Positions 9,273 to 20,553 of a DNA stretch of 64,000 nucleotides are shown in pieces. Source of the DNA: Corallococcus soli. Its GTDB lineage: Bacteria; Myxococcota; Myxococcia; Myxococcales; Myxococcaceae. Made by a program: the position numbers and the translations under genes. Numbering within the stretch: position 1 is the stretch's first letter; every line of letters begins with the position of its first letter. The notes beneath the pieces are model-generated. The model was given only the letters and a program-made list of their open reading frames with translations. It ran no database searches and was not told the DNA's origin. Location of the stretch: positions 160,367 to 224,366 of the forward strand of contig NZ_JAAIYO010000008.1 of the NCBI RefSeq assembly GCF_014930455.1, read 5' to 3'.

Positions 9273-10166
9273 ATGGCCGCCTTCGAACTGGAACCCTTCA
9301 TGCGCTCGCACCAGTCGCGGGTGGAGGAACTGCTGCGCGAGCGCGCCGACCGGCTGGTCCCCGCCGGCACGCCGCCCCGGCTGGCGGAGGCCATGCGCTA
9401 CTCGCTGCTCGCGGGCGGCAAGCGGCTGCGCCCCGTGCTGTGCATCGCGTTCGCGGACGCGGTGGCGAAGGCCAGCTCCCTGAACCCGGTGGCCGTGGAT
9501 GCCGCGTGCGCGGTGGAGTACGTGCACACGTATTCGTTGGTGCACGACGACCTGCCCTGCCTGGACAACGACGACCTGCGCCGGGGCAAGCCGACGAACC
9601 ACAAGGTCTTCGGCGAGCCGCTGGCGCTGCTGGCCGGGGACGGACTGCTCACGGAGGCCTTCACGGTGCTGGCCACCGGGCCGGAGCCGGTGCGCGGCCT
9701 GCTGTGCGCGGAGCTGGCGCGCGCGGCGGGCGCGGCGGGCATGGTGGGCGGCCAGGTGCTGGACATCGCGAAGGACCGCGAGGCGACGCTCGCGTACCTG
9801 CTGCGGCTGCACCGGATGAAGACGGGCGCGCTCATCCGCGCGGCGTGCCGCCTGGGCGTGCTGGCCGGTGGGGGCGACGCGGCGGCGCTCGCGAGCGCGG
9901 AGACCTACGGGGACGCGGTGGGGCTGGCGTTCCAGATCGCCGACGACGTGCTGGACGTGACGTCGAGCGCGGAGCAGTTGGGCAAGCCCGCGGGCGCGGA
10001 CGCGGAGGCCGGGCGCTTCACCTTCCCGGCGGTGCTGGGGCTGGAGGAGTCGCGGCGCATGGCCCGGGAGCTGGTGTCGAAGGCGCAGGAGGCCGTGCGT
10101 CCGCTGGAGGGCAATGACGGTCCGCTGGCCGCCCTGGCGCGCTACTCGGTGGAGCGGACGTCCTGA
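9273..10166 (+). CDS. ispA: farnesyl diphosphate synthase / geranyltranstransferase
   Basis: FARM motif (LVHDDLPCLDNDDLRRGKPTNH) and SARM motif (FQIADDVLD). Conserved xseB-ispA-dxs arrangement. Confidence 0.9.
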   Translation: MAAFELEPFMRSHQSRVEELLRERADRLVPAGTPPRLAEAMRYSLLAGGKRLRPVLCIAFADAVAKASSLNPVAVDAACAVEYVHTYSLVHDDLPCLDNDDLRRGKPTNHKVFGEPLALLAGDGLLTEAFTVLATGPEPVRGLLCAELARAAGAAGMVGGQVLDIAKDREATLAYLLRLHRMKTGALIRAACRLGVLAGGGDAAALASAETYGDAVGLAFQIADDVLDVTSSAEQLGKPAGADAEAGRFTFPAVLGLEESRRMARELVSKAQEAVRPLEGNDGPLAALARYSVERTS

Positions 10167-11913
10167 TGGCGGACGTGCTGTCCGGCGTGTCCTCTCCCGC
10201 GGAGGTGCGCGCGCTCCCCGAGGATGCGCTGCCCGGCCTGTGCGAGGCGCTGCGCGAGGCCATCATCACGCTGTGCGGCCGCGTGGGTGGACACCTGGGC
10301 GCGTCGCTGGGCGCGGTGGAGCTGGTGGTGGCCCTGCACCGCGTCTTCCACACGCCGCAGGACGCGCTCCTCTTCGACGTGGGGCACCAGGCGTACGCGC
10401 ACAAGCTGCTCACCGGCCGGCGCGACCGCATCCACACGCTGCGGCAGGCGGGCGGCATCGCGCCGTTCCTGGATCCGCGCGAGAGCCCCCACGACGCCCT
10501 GGCGGCGGGCCATGCGTGCACGGCCATCTCCGCGGCGCTGGGCGTGCTCGCGGGCCGGCGGCAGCTGGGCCACCGGGGCCACGTCGTGGCGGTGGTGGGG
10601 GACGGGGCGCTCACGGGCGGCCTGAGCTTCGAGGGCCTCAACAACGCCGGGGGCAGCCACCTGCCGCTGGTGGTGGTGGTCAACGACAACCAGATGTCCA
10701 TCAGCGCGAACGTGGGCGCCATCCCCGCGCTGCTGCGCACGCGCAACGCCCGCGCCTTCTTCGAATCGCTGGGCTTCACCTACCTGGGCCCGGTGGACGG
10801 GCACGACCTGGACGCGCTCACGCACGCGCTGCGCGAGGCGAAGGCCTCCGGGCGTCCGGTGGTGGTGCACGCGCTGACGAAGAAGGGGCGCGGCTTCCCC
10901 CCTGCGGAGGCCGACGAGCAGACGCGCGGCCACGCGATGGGGCCGTACGAATGGCGCGCCGGCAAGCTCGTGCGCTCGCGCGGCGGACTGCCCACCTTCA
11001 GCGAGGCGTTCGCGACGGTGCTGGGCGAGGCCCTGGAGAAGGATCCGCGCGTGGTGGCCGTCACGCCCGCGATGCTGGAGGGCTCCGCGCTCACCGGCCT
11101 GAAGGCGCGCTTCCCGGACCGCGTGCACGACGTGGGCATCGCGGAGCAGCACGCCGTCACCTTCTGCGCCGGGCTGGCGGCGGCGGGGGCCCGGCCGGTG
11201 TGCGTCGTCTACTCCACCTTCCTCCAGCGTGCGTATGATCAGGTGGTCCACGACGTGTGCCTGCCGGGGCTGCCCGTCGTCTTCGCGGTGGACCGCGCGG
11301 GGCTCGTGGGCGCGGACGGCGCCACGCACCAGGGCGCCTACGACGTGTCCTTCCTGCGGCCCCTGCCGGGCCTGACGCAGTGGGCGCCGGTGGTGGGGGA
11401 GGACCTGGCGCCCATGCTCACCACCGCGCTCCAGGCGTCCGGGCCGTCCGTGCTGCGCTTCCCGCGCGGCACGCTGCCGGCGGTGCCCCCGGAGCTGCTC
11501 GTGGGGGACGCACCCGTGTCGGGAGCCCGCTGGCTGAAGCGCGCGCAGGCGCCCCGGCTGACGCTGGTGACGCTGGGCCCGCTGGGGCTCGCGGCGCTGG
11601 AGGCCGTGCGGGACGAACCGGACTGGAGCGTGCTGGACGCGCGCCGGGCCTGGCCGCTGGACGAAGCGGCGCTGCTGGAGGCCGCGGCGTGCGGGCAGGT
11701 GGTGGTGGCCGAGGAGGGCACCACCCGTGGCGGACTGGGCAGCGCGGTGCTGGAGCTGTACGCGGCCGTCGGCGTGCACCCCCGGGTGAAGCTGCTGGGC
11801 ATGCCGGACGTGTTCCTGCCGCACGGGGACGCGCGGGTGCAGCGCGCGGAGCTGGGGCTGGACGCGGTGGGCCTGCGGCGCGCGGGCCGGGGGCTGCTGG
11901 GAGAGGGGGCCCC

Positions 11914-11917
<4 letters not shown>
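10166..11917 (+). CDS. dxs: 1-deoxy-D-xylulose-5-phosphate synthase
   Basis: TPP-binding transketolase-like sequence (GGHLGASLGAVELVVALH...DVGHQAYAHKLLTGRR). Overlaps the ispA stop (TGATG). Confidence 0.9.
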
Positions 11918-12654
<737 letters not shown>

Positions 12655-12662
12655 GCCGTCCG

Positions 12663-14231
12663 CTACGGCCGGACCGCGCGGTACTCGGACAGGGGCAGTG
12701 CCTGAACCAGCCGGTTGCCCACGCGCATCCACAGCCGCTCGGCATCGTCGATGGTGCACGACAGGGTGCTGGCGACCTCGTAGCGGAACAGCTCGCCGCG
12801 CTCGGCGGAGTCGATGGCGACGATCTCCTTGGGCAGGGTGGGCAGGCCGGTGTTGTCCGGAGGCGCGCCGTTGAGCAGGATGAACGAGGGGCTGGTGTTG
12901 CGGCCCAACTGCACCTGGAGCACCTGCAGGCTGCCGGACGTATCCAGCGACTTGCCGTCCTTGTTGACGACGGCGCCCTGGTTGTTCGTGTCGAGGAACC
13001 ACACGCGCTTCAGGCCGATGGCCGCCAGCCGTGAGCCGCCCGCGTAGGGCAGGAGGAACTGGAGCGGTGCGGGCAGGTCGATGCTCTGCCACTTGAAGGC
13101 GTTGCCCTCGCAGCCATCCGCGTTCGCGGCGCACGCGATGACGCGCGAGTGGTTGTTGGCCAGACCGAACGCCATGTAGACGGTGTCACCGTCCGGGCTG
13201 AGCGACGTCACGGGGAGGACCTCGATGGCGCCGGCGTAGTCGTAGATCTTCCGCTCCTGCACCAGCACGCCCGTCGCCGCGTCCAGCGTGGCCACGACGA
13301 CCTGGAGCACGTCCGACGTGCCGACCTCCTTGTAGTTGGCGTACGGAACCAGGACCACCTCGGCCTTCTGCTGTGGCGTGGCGATGGGCTGCAGCGGCGG
13401 CTTGTACGTCCAGTCGAAGCTGCCGCCCATCGAGGTGTGCTTCATGCGCGAGACGCTCACCACGTCCCGCACGATGGCGTCCCCGTTGGTCATCACCGAC
13501 AGGTCCTTCAGCTTGTACGTCGTCGCCGTGCGACCGCTGATGACGAAGTTCGAGCTCACCGCCACCGCGCCCACGCCGGGCGTCCAGACCCAGCGCTTGT
13601 TGCTGACGCTGTTCAGGGGGGTGATGACCGTGTAGGGCGAGCACGGGATGCCCATCTCCACCTGGGCGAGCACCTCGCCCGTGGCGCCCACCCGGTAGAG
13701 CGTGCCCACGCCCGTCGTGGGGTTGCCGCACCCGATGAAGCTGATGTTGGTGCCCGAACCGTCGGCGACGAAGAAGTCCGTCACCACCTGGGCGTTCGGA
13801 TCCGGGTCCTTGATCACCTTCGTCACCGGCAGGAACGTGGTGGCCTGGGGCTGGGACACGTTGCTGCGGCCGTCCGAACAGGTGGCCCGGGCATTGAGCG
13901 CCAGTCTCACGGCGATGCCCTTGGTGTACTTGATGTCCTTCGCCAGCAGCTCGAACTCCATGGCGCCGCTGGTGTAGGGGAACGTCTGGAGGAACGTGTC
14001 CTGGTCATAGATGGACAGCTGCGACACGGTGTCGCAGCCGGACACGCTCACGCGGAGCATCAGCGAGGGGGCCGCCGAGTTGGGCTCGATGACCGAGAGC
14101 TCCACCACCGGCGGATCCGGCACGGGCGGCGGCTTCGGATCGCCACAGGCCGCGAACGCGGCGAGGGCAGAGAGGGCGAGCGAGGCCTGGAGGGCCCGCG
14201 ACGCGAACAGGCGCGGTAGTGCGAGGTTCAT
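12663..14231 (-). CDS. hypothetical lipoprotein (signal peptide with lipobox)
   Basis: N-terminus MNLALPRLFASRALQASLALSALAAFAACG carries a lipobox. Clean 520-aa ORF with no recognisable catalytic motif. Convergent with tlyA, 8 nt apart. Confidence 0.55.
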   Translation of the reverse strand: MNLALPRLFASRALQASLALSALAAFAACGDPKPPPVPDPPVVELSVIEPNSAAPSLMLRVSVSGCDTVSQLSIYDQDTFLQTFPYTSGAMEFELLAKDIKYTKGIAVRLALNARATCSDGRSNVSQPQATTFLPVTKVIKDPDPNAQVVTDFFVADGSGTNISFIGCGNPTTGVGTLYRVGATGEVLAQVEMGIPCSPYTVITPLNSVSNKRWVWTPGVGAVAVSSNFVISGRTATTYKLKDLSVMTNGDAIVRDVVSVSRMKHTSMGGSFDWTYKPPLQPIATPQQKAEVVLVPYANYKEVGTSDVLQVVVATLDAATGVLVQERKIYDYAGAIEVLPVTSLSPDGDTVYMAFGLANNHSRVIACAANADGCEGNAFKWQSIDLPAPLQFLLPYAGGSRLAAIGLKRVWFLDTNNQGAVVNKDGKSLDTSGSLQVLQVQLGRNTSPSFILLNGAPPDNTGLPTLPKEIVAIDSAERGELFRYEVASTLSCTIDDAERLWMRVGNRLVQALPLSEYRAVRP

Positions 14232-14705
14232 GGGGCGCCACTCTACCGTGCTCCCGGGCAACCGGGCGGCACCCGGGGCTCCGCACCCCAGGCTCCAGGA
14301 GCCTCTTCAGGGGACGCTTGGGCGGGATTCCTGATCGCGAACCACCCCTCGCACGCCCCGCCCGGTCGTCCGCGGACCGCCCACCCGCCGGGTTCCCCCT
14401 GCCTGCTGGCCCTGCGTTCGACCGGGCATCCCGTGGCGGTAGGGGAAGAAAGTCACAGCCGTGGCGTTCCGGTGGGGGCCAGGTTGCTGCCCCCAGGAAA
14501 CCCATGGCCCGGGTCGTTCCCGGTCATCCCAGCGTCACGCGTGCGCGGAATCCCGGGCGTTCACCTCTGGCCGGGGTATACGTCGCGCGCCTTCACTCAC
14601 CCCTCTGCCTCGGAAGAGGCCCGTCCATCCGCTGGCTCACGGACGGGTTAGACGGCATGATCCAGAATCGACCATGACCCCTTACGCACCCAACGGGCTT
14701 TCGCA

Positions 14706-17255
14706 GTGTCGTTCCCTGTCTGGGCGGGGCGGAGGCGTGCCGTGAGGATCGAGATGTTGTCGGAGCAGCGGGGACGGGTGCTGGTGCTGGCGGCGAAGGC
14801 CGCGGGCGACGCGCTGGTGGAGCGGCTGACGGCGAGCGGCTACCAGTGCGGCACCACGGAGCGGGAGAGCGGGCTGGCGGAGATGGTGGATCAGCTCCAG
14901 CCGGAGGTGGTGCTGCTGTCGGTGACGGCCAAGCGGGCGGCCGAGCTGCTGGAGACGGTGCGCAAGGTCGACCGGCTGAACCGGCTGCCGGTGCTGGTGG
15001 ATCAGGGCCGGGCGCGCTCCGCGGAGGCCTTCAAGCGGCTGGCGGTGGACGACTTCGTGCGCGGCGCGGATGAGCTGGTGCCCCGGCTGGAGTCCGCCCT
15101 GCGCGCCTGGAGGCTGAAGGAGCGCGAGGAGCGCATCCGCCTGCGCATGGGGATGCTGCTGGAGATCACCCAGGCGGCGACCAGCTCGCTGGAGCTGGAG
15201 GAGATCCTCCGCATCGCGGTGGACAAGGTGGGCCAGGTCACCGGCACGGACCGCTGTTCGGTGGTGCTGGTGGAGGGCAGCCACGCGCGCACGGCCACGG
15301 TCGTCGCGACGCAGGAGGACCCGAGCCTCGTCCAGTTGGACATCGAGGTGGCGCGCTACCCGGAGCTGCGCCGCGCGCTGGAGACGCGCCAGCCGGTGTT
15401 GATTGAGGAGGCGCAGCGCGATCCGCTCATGGCGGAGGTGCGCACGTCGCTCCTGCCGCAGGGCGTGAAGTCCATCCTGGTGCAGCCGCTCATCTGTCAG
15501 GACGACCTGCTGGGCGCGCTGTTCCTGCGCGTGTCGCGCGGGGATGCGTCCATTGGCCGCGACGAGCAGGAGTTCGCGCAGGCGGTGGCGGGCGTGCTCG
15601 CCAACTCCATCCGCAACGCGCGCCTGCACACGGCGGTGAAGAAGAAGCGCGAGGACCTGGAGCTGGCGTACGTGGAGCGCTACCGCGAGCTCAACGACGC
15701 GAACCGCCGCCTGAAGGAACTGAACCGCCTCAAGGATGAGATCATCGCGGTGTGCAGCCACGACCTGCGCGCCCCCCTCCAGGTGCTGCTGGGCCACGGC
15801 CGGCTGCTATTGGAAGGCCCGCTGGAGACGCAGCAGAAGCAGTCCGCGGAGGCGATGATCCGCCAGGGCCGGAAGATCCTCACCCTGGTCGAGTCCCTGC
15901 TGGAGAAGGGCAAGGGCGAGGCGGCGCGGTTGTCCATCGAACCGCGCGTCCTGGACGTGGCGCAGCTGTGCCGCGACGCGGCGGGGGAGCTGGAAATCCT
16001 CGCCGCGGAGAAGGCTGTGGCGCTGCGCTCCGAGTGCCCCGACAGTCTGATGCTGATTGGCGACGAGGTGAAGCTGCACGAGGTGCTGCAGAACCTCATC
16101 AGCAACGCCATCCAGCACGCCAGCGACACCCGGGGCGAGGTGGTGGTGCGCACGCAGCGGCTGTCGCGTCCGGACGGCGACGCGGTGCGGGTGATGGTGA
16201 GCGACAACGGGGTGGGCATCCCCCCGGACGAGCTGCACCTCGTGTTCGATCGCTACCGGCACGGGCCCAAGGGCACGGGGCTGGGGCTGGCCATCTGCAA
16301 GGAGTTCGTGGAGCTGCACGGCGGGGAGATCTGGGCGGAGAGCCCGTCCGACGGCGGCTGCACCTTCGTCTTCACGCTGCCGCTGGCGCAGGAGGCCGCG
16401 CGCAACCCCCGGCCGCAGCCCGCGCCCGGCTCCGCGCCCGAGCAGCCGCGCGTGCTGGTGGTGGAGGACGAGCCGGAGATCGCCGCGGTGCTGTCGGAGG
16501 TGCTGCGCTCGAAGTACCGCGTGGAGGTGGCGCGCGACGGCGCGGAGGGCCTGGCGAAGGCGCGCGCGTCCCGGCCGGACCTGGTGGTGATGGACGTCTT
16601 CCTGCCCAAGCTGGACGGGTTGGACGCGGCCATGGCGCTCAAGTCGTCCTCGGACACGGCGCACATCCCCGTCATCCTGCTGTCCGCCCACCAGGGCGTG
16701 GCCGACAAGGTCCGCGCGCTCAACCTGGGCGCGGTGGACTACATGGCCAAGCCCTTCAACGCGGTGGAGCTGCTCAACCGCACCGAGCGGGCCCTCAAGC
16801 TGCGCCAGGGTGAGAAGGATCAGCAGGACAAGGCGACCCCGCTCCAGAAGCGCACCGGCAGCGACCCGGCGACGGGGCTGCATGATCGGCGCGGGCTGTT
16901 GCTGCGGCTGGAGCAGGAGGTGGCCCGCAGCCGGCGCTACCACCGCGCGCTCACGCTGGCGGTGCTCCGGCCGGATCGCACGCTGGAAGCGCTGCCCTCC
17001 AACATGGCGGACGTGATGCGCAAGCGGGTGCGACACCCGGACGCCATCGCCCACCTGGGGCAGGGCGTCTTCGCGGTGGTGCTGCCCGAGTGCAACGCGG
17101 ACGCCGCGCGCACGGTCATCAACCGGCTGATGCCGGACGTGGAGAAGGTGACCTCCATCGAGTACCGCGCCGCCCTGGCGGACGTGAGCCAGGACAGCGA
17201 CCCGGTGGAGAAGCTGCTGGAGAAGCTGGGCGCACCGCCGCCCGAGGCCCTCTAG
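14706..17255 (+). CDS. hybrid sensor histidine kinase/response regulator: N-terminal REC-like domain, GAF, HisKA/HATPase_c, receiver, and a C-terminal degenerate GGDEF-like domain
   Basis: GAF region (TDRCSVVLVEGSHARTATVVAT). H-box (AVCSHDLRAPL). N/G boxes (LISNAIQHA...DNGVGIP...GTGLGLAICKEF). Receiver (LVVEDEPEIA...DLVVMDVFLPKLDG). C-terminal diguanylate-cyclase-like fold without a GG(D/E)EF motif (GLHDRRGLLLRLEQE...FAVVLPEC). Confidence 0.85.
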   Translation: MSFPVWAGRRRAVRIEMLSEQRGRVLVLAAKAAGDALVERLTASGYQCGTTERESGLAEMVDQLQPEVVLLSVTAKRAAELLETVRKVDRLNRLPVLVDQGRARSAEAFKRLAVDDFVRGADELVPRLESALRAWRLKEREERIRLRMGMLLEITQAATSSLELEEILRIAVDKVGQVTGTDRCSVVLVEGSHARTATVVATQEDPSLVQLDIEVARYPELRRALETRQPVLIEEAQRDPLMAEVRTSLLPQGVKSILVQPLICQDDLLGALFLRVSRGDASIGRDEQEFAQAVAGVLANSIRNARLHTAVKKKREDLELAYVERYRELNDANRRLKELNRLKDEIIAVCSHDLRAPLQVLLGHGRLLLEGPLETQQKQSAEAMIRQGRKILTLVESLLEKGKGEAARLSIEPRVLDVAQLCRDAAGELEILAAEKAVALRSECPDSLMLIGDEVKLHEVLQNLISNAIQHASDTRGEVVVRTQRLSRPDGDAVRVMVSDNGVGIPPDELHLVFDRYRHGPKGTGLGLAICKEFVELHGGEIWAESPSDGGCTFVFTLPLAQEAARNPRPQPAPGSAPEQPRVLVVEDEPEIAAVLSEVLRSKYRVEVARDGAEGLAKARASRPDLVVMDVFLPKLDGLDAAMALKSSSDTAHIPVILLSAHQGVADKVRALNLGAVDYMAKPFNAVELLNRTERALKLRQGEKDQQDKATPLQKRTGSDPATGLHDRRGLLLRLEQEVARSRRYHRALTLAVLRPDRTLEALPSNMADVMRKRVRHPDAIAHLGQGVFAVVLPECNADAARTVINRLMPDVEKVTSIEYRAALADVSQDSDPVEKLLEKLGAPPPEAL

Positions 17256-17318
17256 TCCTCCGGTCGCGCCCCCTGCCGCGGGAAAAAGGGGGCGCGCCGC
17301 GCTACACTTGGCTTTCGC

Positions 17319-19241
17319 GTGCGCAAGCTCCCGTTCCTCAGCCGTGCCGCCGTGCTGTGCCTCGCCCTGGTCACCGGGGGCGCGGGCGCCACGCCAGCGC
17401 CCCAATGGGCCGCCGCGAAGGCCCCGGCGAAGAGGGCTCCGGCGAAGAAGGCCCCTCATGTGGACCGCGAGGCGATGCTCGAGGCCATGGACGCGGCCGC
17501 GCACGACGACCCGGCCGCGTCGTCCGCCAGCTACGCGCACTACCTCCAGTCCCGCCTGCTGCACCTGGCGGGCAACCACCGGGGCGCGGTGGACGAGCTG
17601 CGCCTGGCGCTCGCCACCGACGACGGCAACCCGCGGCTGCTCACCCAGCTGGGCGAGGAGTACGCGCGCCTGGGCGACCTGGAGCGTGCCGAGCGCGAGC
17701 TGCGCCGGGCGGTGGAGAAGTCCCCCAGGTACTACCCCGCCCACGTGTTCCTCGGCCGGGTGCTGATGGAGTCCGGCCGGCTCGCGCGGGCCCGCCAGCA
17801 CCTGCGCCGCGCGGTGGGCCTGCGCCCGCGCGACCCGGAGGCGTACCTGGTGCTGTCGCAGCTCCACCTGGACGCGAAGGCGCCGGACGAAGCGGTGAAG
17901 GTGGTGGAGGCGCTCGCGCACGCGCTGCCCGGTGAGGCCTCCGGCTACCGGCGCCTGGGGCTGGCGCTGGCCGAGCGCGGCGACACGGCCCGGGCCGAGA
18001 AGCTGCTCGCGAAGGCCGCCGAGCGCGATCCGGGGGACGTGGAGGTGTGGTCCACGCTGGCCCGCCTGTACGAGGAGGCGGGGCGGGCGAAGGAGGCGGA
18101 GGACGCGCTGGCGCGCGCGCTGGAGGCGGATCCCGACAGCCGTGAGGTGTTGCTGTCCGCGGGGCGGGCCGCGCTCAAGGGCGGTTCGCTGACGCGGGCC
18201 CGGGCGTACTTCGACCGGCTGCTGTCGCTGTCGTCCTCGCCGGAGCTGGCGGTGCGGGTGGCCTTCAGCTACCTGTCCGCGCACCAGTCCGCCGCCGCGG
18301 AGGCCGTGCTGGTCGCCGCCCGGAAGGACGCGCCGGACGAACCCCGGCTGGCGTACTACGCGGGCCTCGTCGCCGAACGGATGCGCCGCTTCTCCGCCGC
18401 CGCCACGGCCTTCGCCGACGTGCCCCCCAACGCGGAGGTGTTCCCCGACGCCCGCGTGCGCCGGGCCCGCTGCCTGTCCCTGGCGGGCGACCATGCCCGG
18501 GCGCTGGTGCTCTACCGCGCCGCCGTGAAGGAGGCGCCCGAGGACCTGGAGCTGCGCGTCGCCTACGCCCGGGCGCTGGAGCGCGGCGGCGCGCCGGCGA
18601 AGGCGGAAGGCGTGCTGCGCGAGGCCCTGGGAGGGGAGGGCGCCGCGATGGCCTACGAGGCCCTGGCCTCCCTGCTGGAGCGACAGGGGCGCCCCGGCGA
18701 GGCGCTCACGCTGCTGCGCGACGCCGTCGCCCGTTCGCCCAGGAACCAGGACCTGCTCTTCTCCCTGGGCGCCGCGCTGGAGCGCCAGGGGGACGTGGCC
18801 GGGGCGCTGTCGCGCATGCGCGCGGTGCTCGCGGTGGCGCCGGAGCACTCCGCGGCGATGAACTTCATCGGCTACCTGCTGGCGCAGCAAGGCCGGGACC
18901 TGGACGAAGCGGAGCGGCTGGTGCGGCGCGCGCTGGCGCTGCGGCCGGACAGCGCGGCCTACGTGGACTCGCTGGGGTGGGTCTATTTCCAGCGCGGCGA
19001 GGCGCGCAAGGCGGTGGAGCTGCTGGAGCGCGCGGTGGAGCTGGCCCCCGACGAGCCCGCCATCCTGGAGCACCTGGGGGATGCCTACCTCAAGGCCGCC
19101 CGCGCCTCGGACGCCGCCGCGTCCTGGAAGCGCGCGCTGGACGTGCTGACCCTGGAGCCGGAGGCCGCGGAGCCCGCCGGCCAGCGCACGGCGTTGGAGC
19201 GCAAGCTGAAGGCGCTACCCTCGACAGCGCCGGGCCGCTAA
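17319..19241 (+). CDS. secreted TPR-repeat protein
   Basis: Signal peptide (MRKLPFLSRAAVLCLALVTGGAGA) followed by many TPR-like helical repeats. Confidence 0.7.
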   Translation: MRKLPFLSRAAVLCLALVTGGAGATPAPQWAAAKAPAKRAPAKKAPHVDREAMLEAMDAAAHDDPAASSASYAHYLQSRLLHLAGNHRGAVDELRLALATDDGNPRLLTQLGEEYARLGDLERAERELRRAVEKSPRYYPAHVFLGRVLMESGRLARARQHLRRAVGLRPRDPEAYLVLSQLHLDAKAPDEAVKVVEALAHALPGEASGYRRLGLALAERGDTARAEKLLAKAAERDPGDVEVWSTLARLYEEAGRAKEAEDALARALEADPDSREVLLSAGRAALKGGSLTRARAYFDRLLSLSSSPELAVRVAFSYLSAHQSAAAEAVLVAARKDAPDEPRLAYYAGLVAERMRRFSAAATAFADVPPNAEVFPDARVRRARCLSLAGDHARALVLYRAAVKEAPEDLELRVAYARALERGGAPAKAEGVLREALGGEGAAMAYEALASLLERQGRPGEALTLLRDAVARSPRNQDLLFSLGAALERQGDVAGALSRMRAVLAVAPEHSAAMNFIGYLLAQQGRDLDEAERLVRRALALRPDSAAYVDSLGWVYFQRGEARKAVELLERAVELAPDEPAILEHLGDAYLKAARASDAAASWKRALDVLTLEPEAAEPAGQRTALERKLKALPSTAPGR

Positions 19242-19254
19242 GGTCCCGGCACCC

Positions 19255-20094
19255 ATGGCCCGCCACGACGAAGGCTTCTTCACCGGCAAGGACAACACCC
19301 GGCTGTTCTGGACGCTGGACCAGCCGGACGCGGGCGCCCCACGCGCGCACGTCGCCATCGTCCATGGCTACGGCGACCACATCGGCCGCTACCGGCCCGT
19401 CATCGACGCGCTGGTGGCGGAGGGCTTCGCGGTGCACGGCTTCGACTACCGGGGCCACGGCCGCGCCGACGGACGCCGCGCCTACGCGAACAAGTGGCCC
19501 GACTTCCTGGAGGACCTGGACGGCTTCTGGCAGCGCGTGCGCGCCGCCGCCGGCACCCAGAAGATCTTCCTCCTGGCGCACAGCCACGGCGGCCTGATGG
19601 CCGTGCACGCGCTGGCCAAGGGGATGGAGGGCCTCAGCGGGGCCATCCTCTCCGCGCCCTATCTCAAGCTGGCCATCACCCCGCCCGCGGCGAAGGTCCT
19701 CGCCGCCCGCATGGTGGGCTCCCTGGTGCCGTGGCTGCGCGTCAGCTCCGGCCTCACCCCGGACATGCTCAGCACCGACCTGGACATGCAGAAGGCGGTC
19801 GGCGCGGACCCGCTGTACGTCCCCTTCGCCACGCCGCGCTGGTTCGTGGAGTCCACGCTGGCCCAGGCGCAGACGCAGCTTTTGGCGCCGAAGATTCAAG
19901 TGCCGCTGTTCATCCTGTGCGGCCAGGAGGACGGGGTGGCGCTCCCCGCGGCGGCGCGGGCCTTCTTCGAAGTGGCGGGGACGGCCGACAAGAAGTTCAA
20001 GGAGTACCCGGGCATGCGGCACGAACCGCTCAACGAACGGGATCGCTCGGCGGTGTTCCAGGACATCTCCGGCTGGATCTCCGCGCATCTCTGA
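19255..20094 (+). CDS. alpha/beta hydrolase (lysophospholipase / monoacylglycerol-lipase-like)
   Basis: HG oxyanion motif (VAIVHGYGDH) and nucleophile elbow (LLAHSHGG). Conserved catalytic His near the C-terminus. Confidence 0.8.
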   Translation: MARHDEGFFTGKDNTRLFWTLDQPDAGAPRAHVAIVHGYGDHIGRYRPVIDALVAEGFAVHGFDYRGHGRADGRRAYANKWPDFLEDLDGFWQRVRAAAGTQKIFLLAHSHGGLMAVHALAKGMEGLSGAILSAPYLKLAITPPAAKVLAARMVGSLVPWLRVSSGLTPDMLSTDLDMQKAVGADPLYVPFATPRWFVESTLAQAQTQLLAPKIQVPLFILCGQEDGVALPAAARAFFEVAGTADKKFKEYPGMRHEPLNERDRSAVFQDISGWISAHL

Positions 20095-20148
20095 CATAAT
20101 CAGGTCGCCCCGCTCCGGAATGGAGCAGGCGCTGGCGAGGATCACCTC

Positions 20149-20490
20149 ATGGCACAGGGTGAAACGGGCATCATTGGCAAGGGCATCGTCATCAGGGGCA
20201 ACCTCACGGGCGGAGGAGACCTGGTCATCGAAGGGCGTGTGGAGGGGCAGATCGCCCTGAAGAACCACCTCACCATCGAAGGCACCGGCAAGGTGCAGGC
20301 GGACATCCGCGCCGAGGAGCTGACCATCAACGGCGAGGCGAGCGGCAACATCGACGCGTCGACCCGTGTGGCCATCAATGCCTCGGCGAAGGTCGCGGGC
20401 GACATCAAGGCTCCGCGCGTCGTCATCGAGGATGGCGCCGTGTTCAACGGCTCCATCGAGATGGACGTGAAGTTGCCGGACGACATCTAG
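20149..20490 (+). CDS. bacN: bactofilin
   Basis: Beta-helical DUF583 repeats (IEGRVEGQIALKNHLTIEGTGKVQADIRAEELTINGEASGNIDA...). First of three tandem bactofilin genes, as at the M. xanthus bacNOP locus. Confidence 0.85.
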   Translation: MAQGETGIIGKGIVIRGNLTGGGDLVIEGRVEGQIALKNHLTIEGTGKVQADIRAEELTINGEASGNIDASTRVAINASAKVAGDIKAPRVVIEDGAVFNGSIEMDVKLPDDI

Positions 20491-20553
20491 CATCCACCGG
20501 GGTTCGTCCCACGGACCCCCCAGGCGCAAGCTTCGAGAAGGCGGACAACACTC

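Noticed and set aside
15807-19073. 1088-aa ORF on the minus strand
   Set aside because: It is antisense to the histidine kinase and TPR genes, which have clear domain structure. Its translation is R/A/G/L-rich with no motifs, the typical wrong-strand artefact of 70%-GC DNA.
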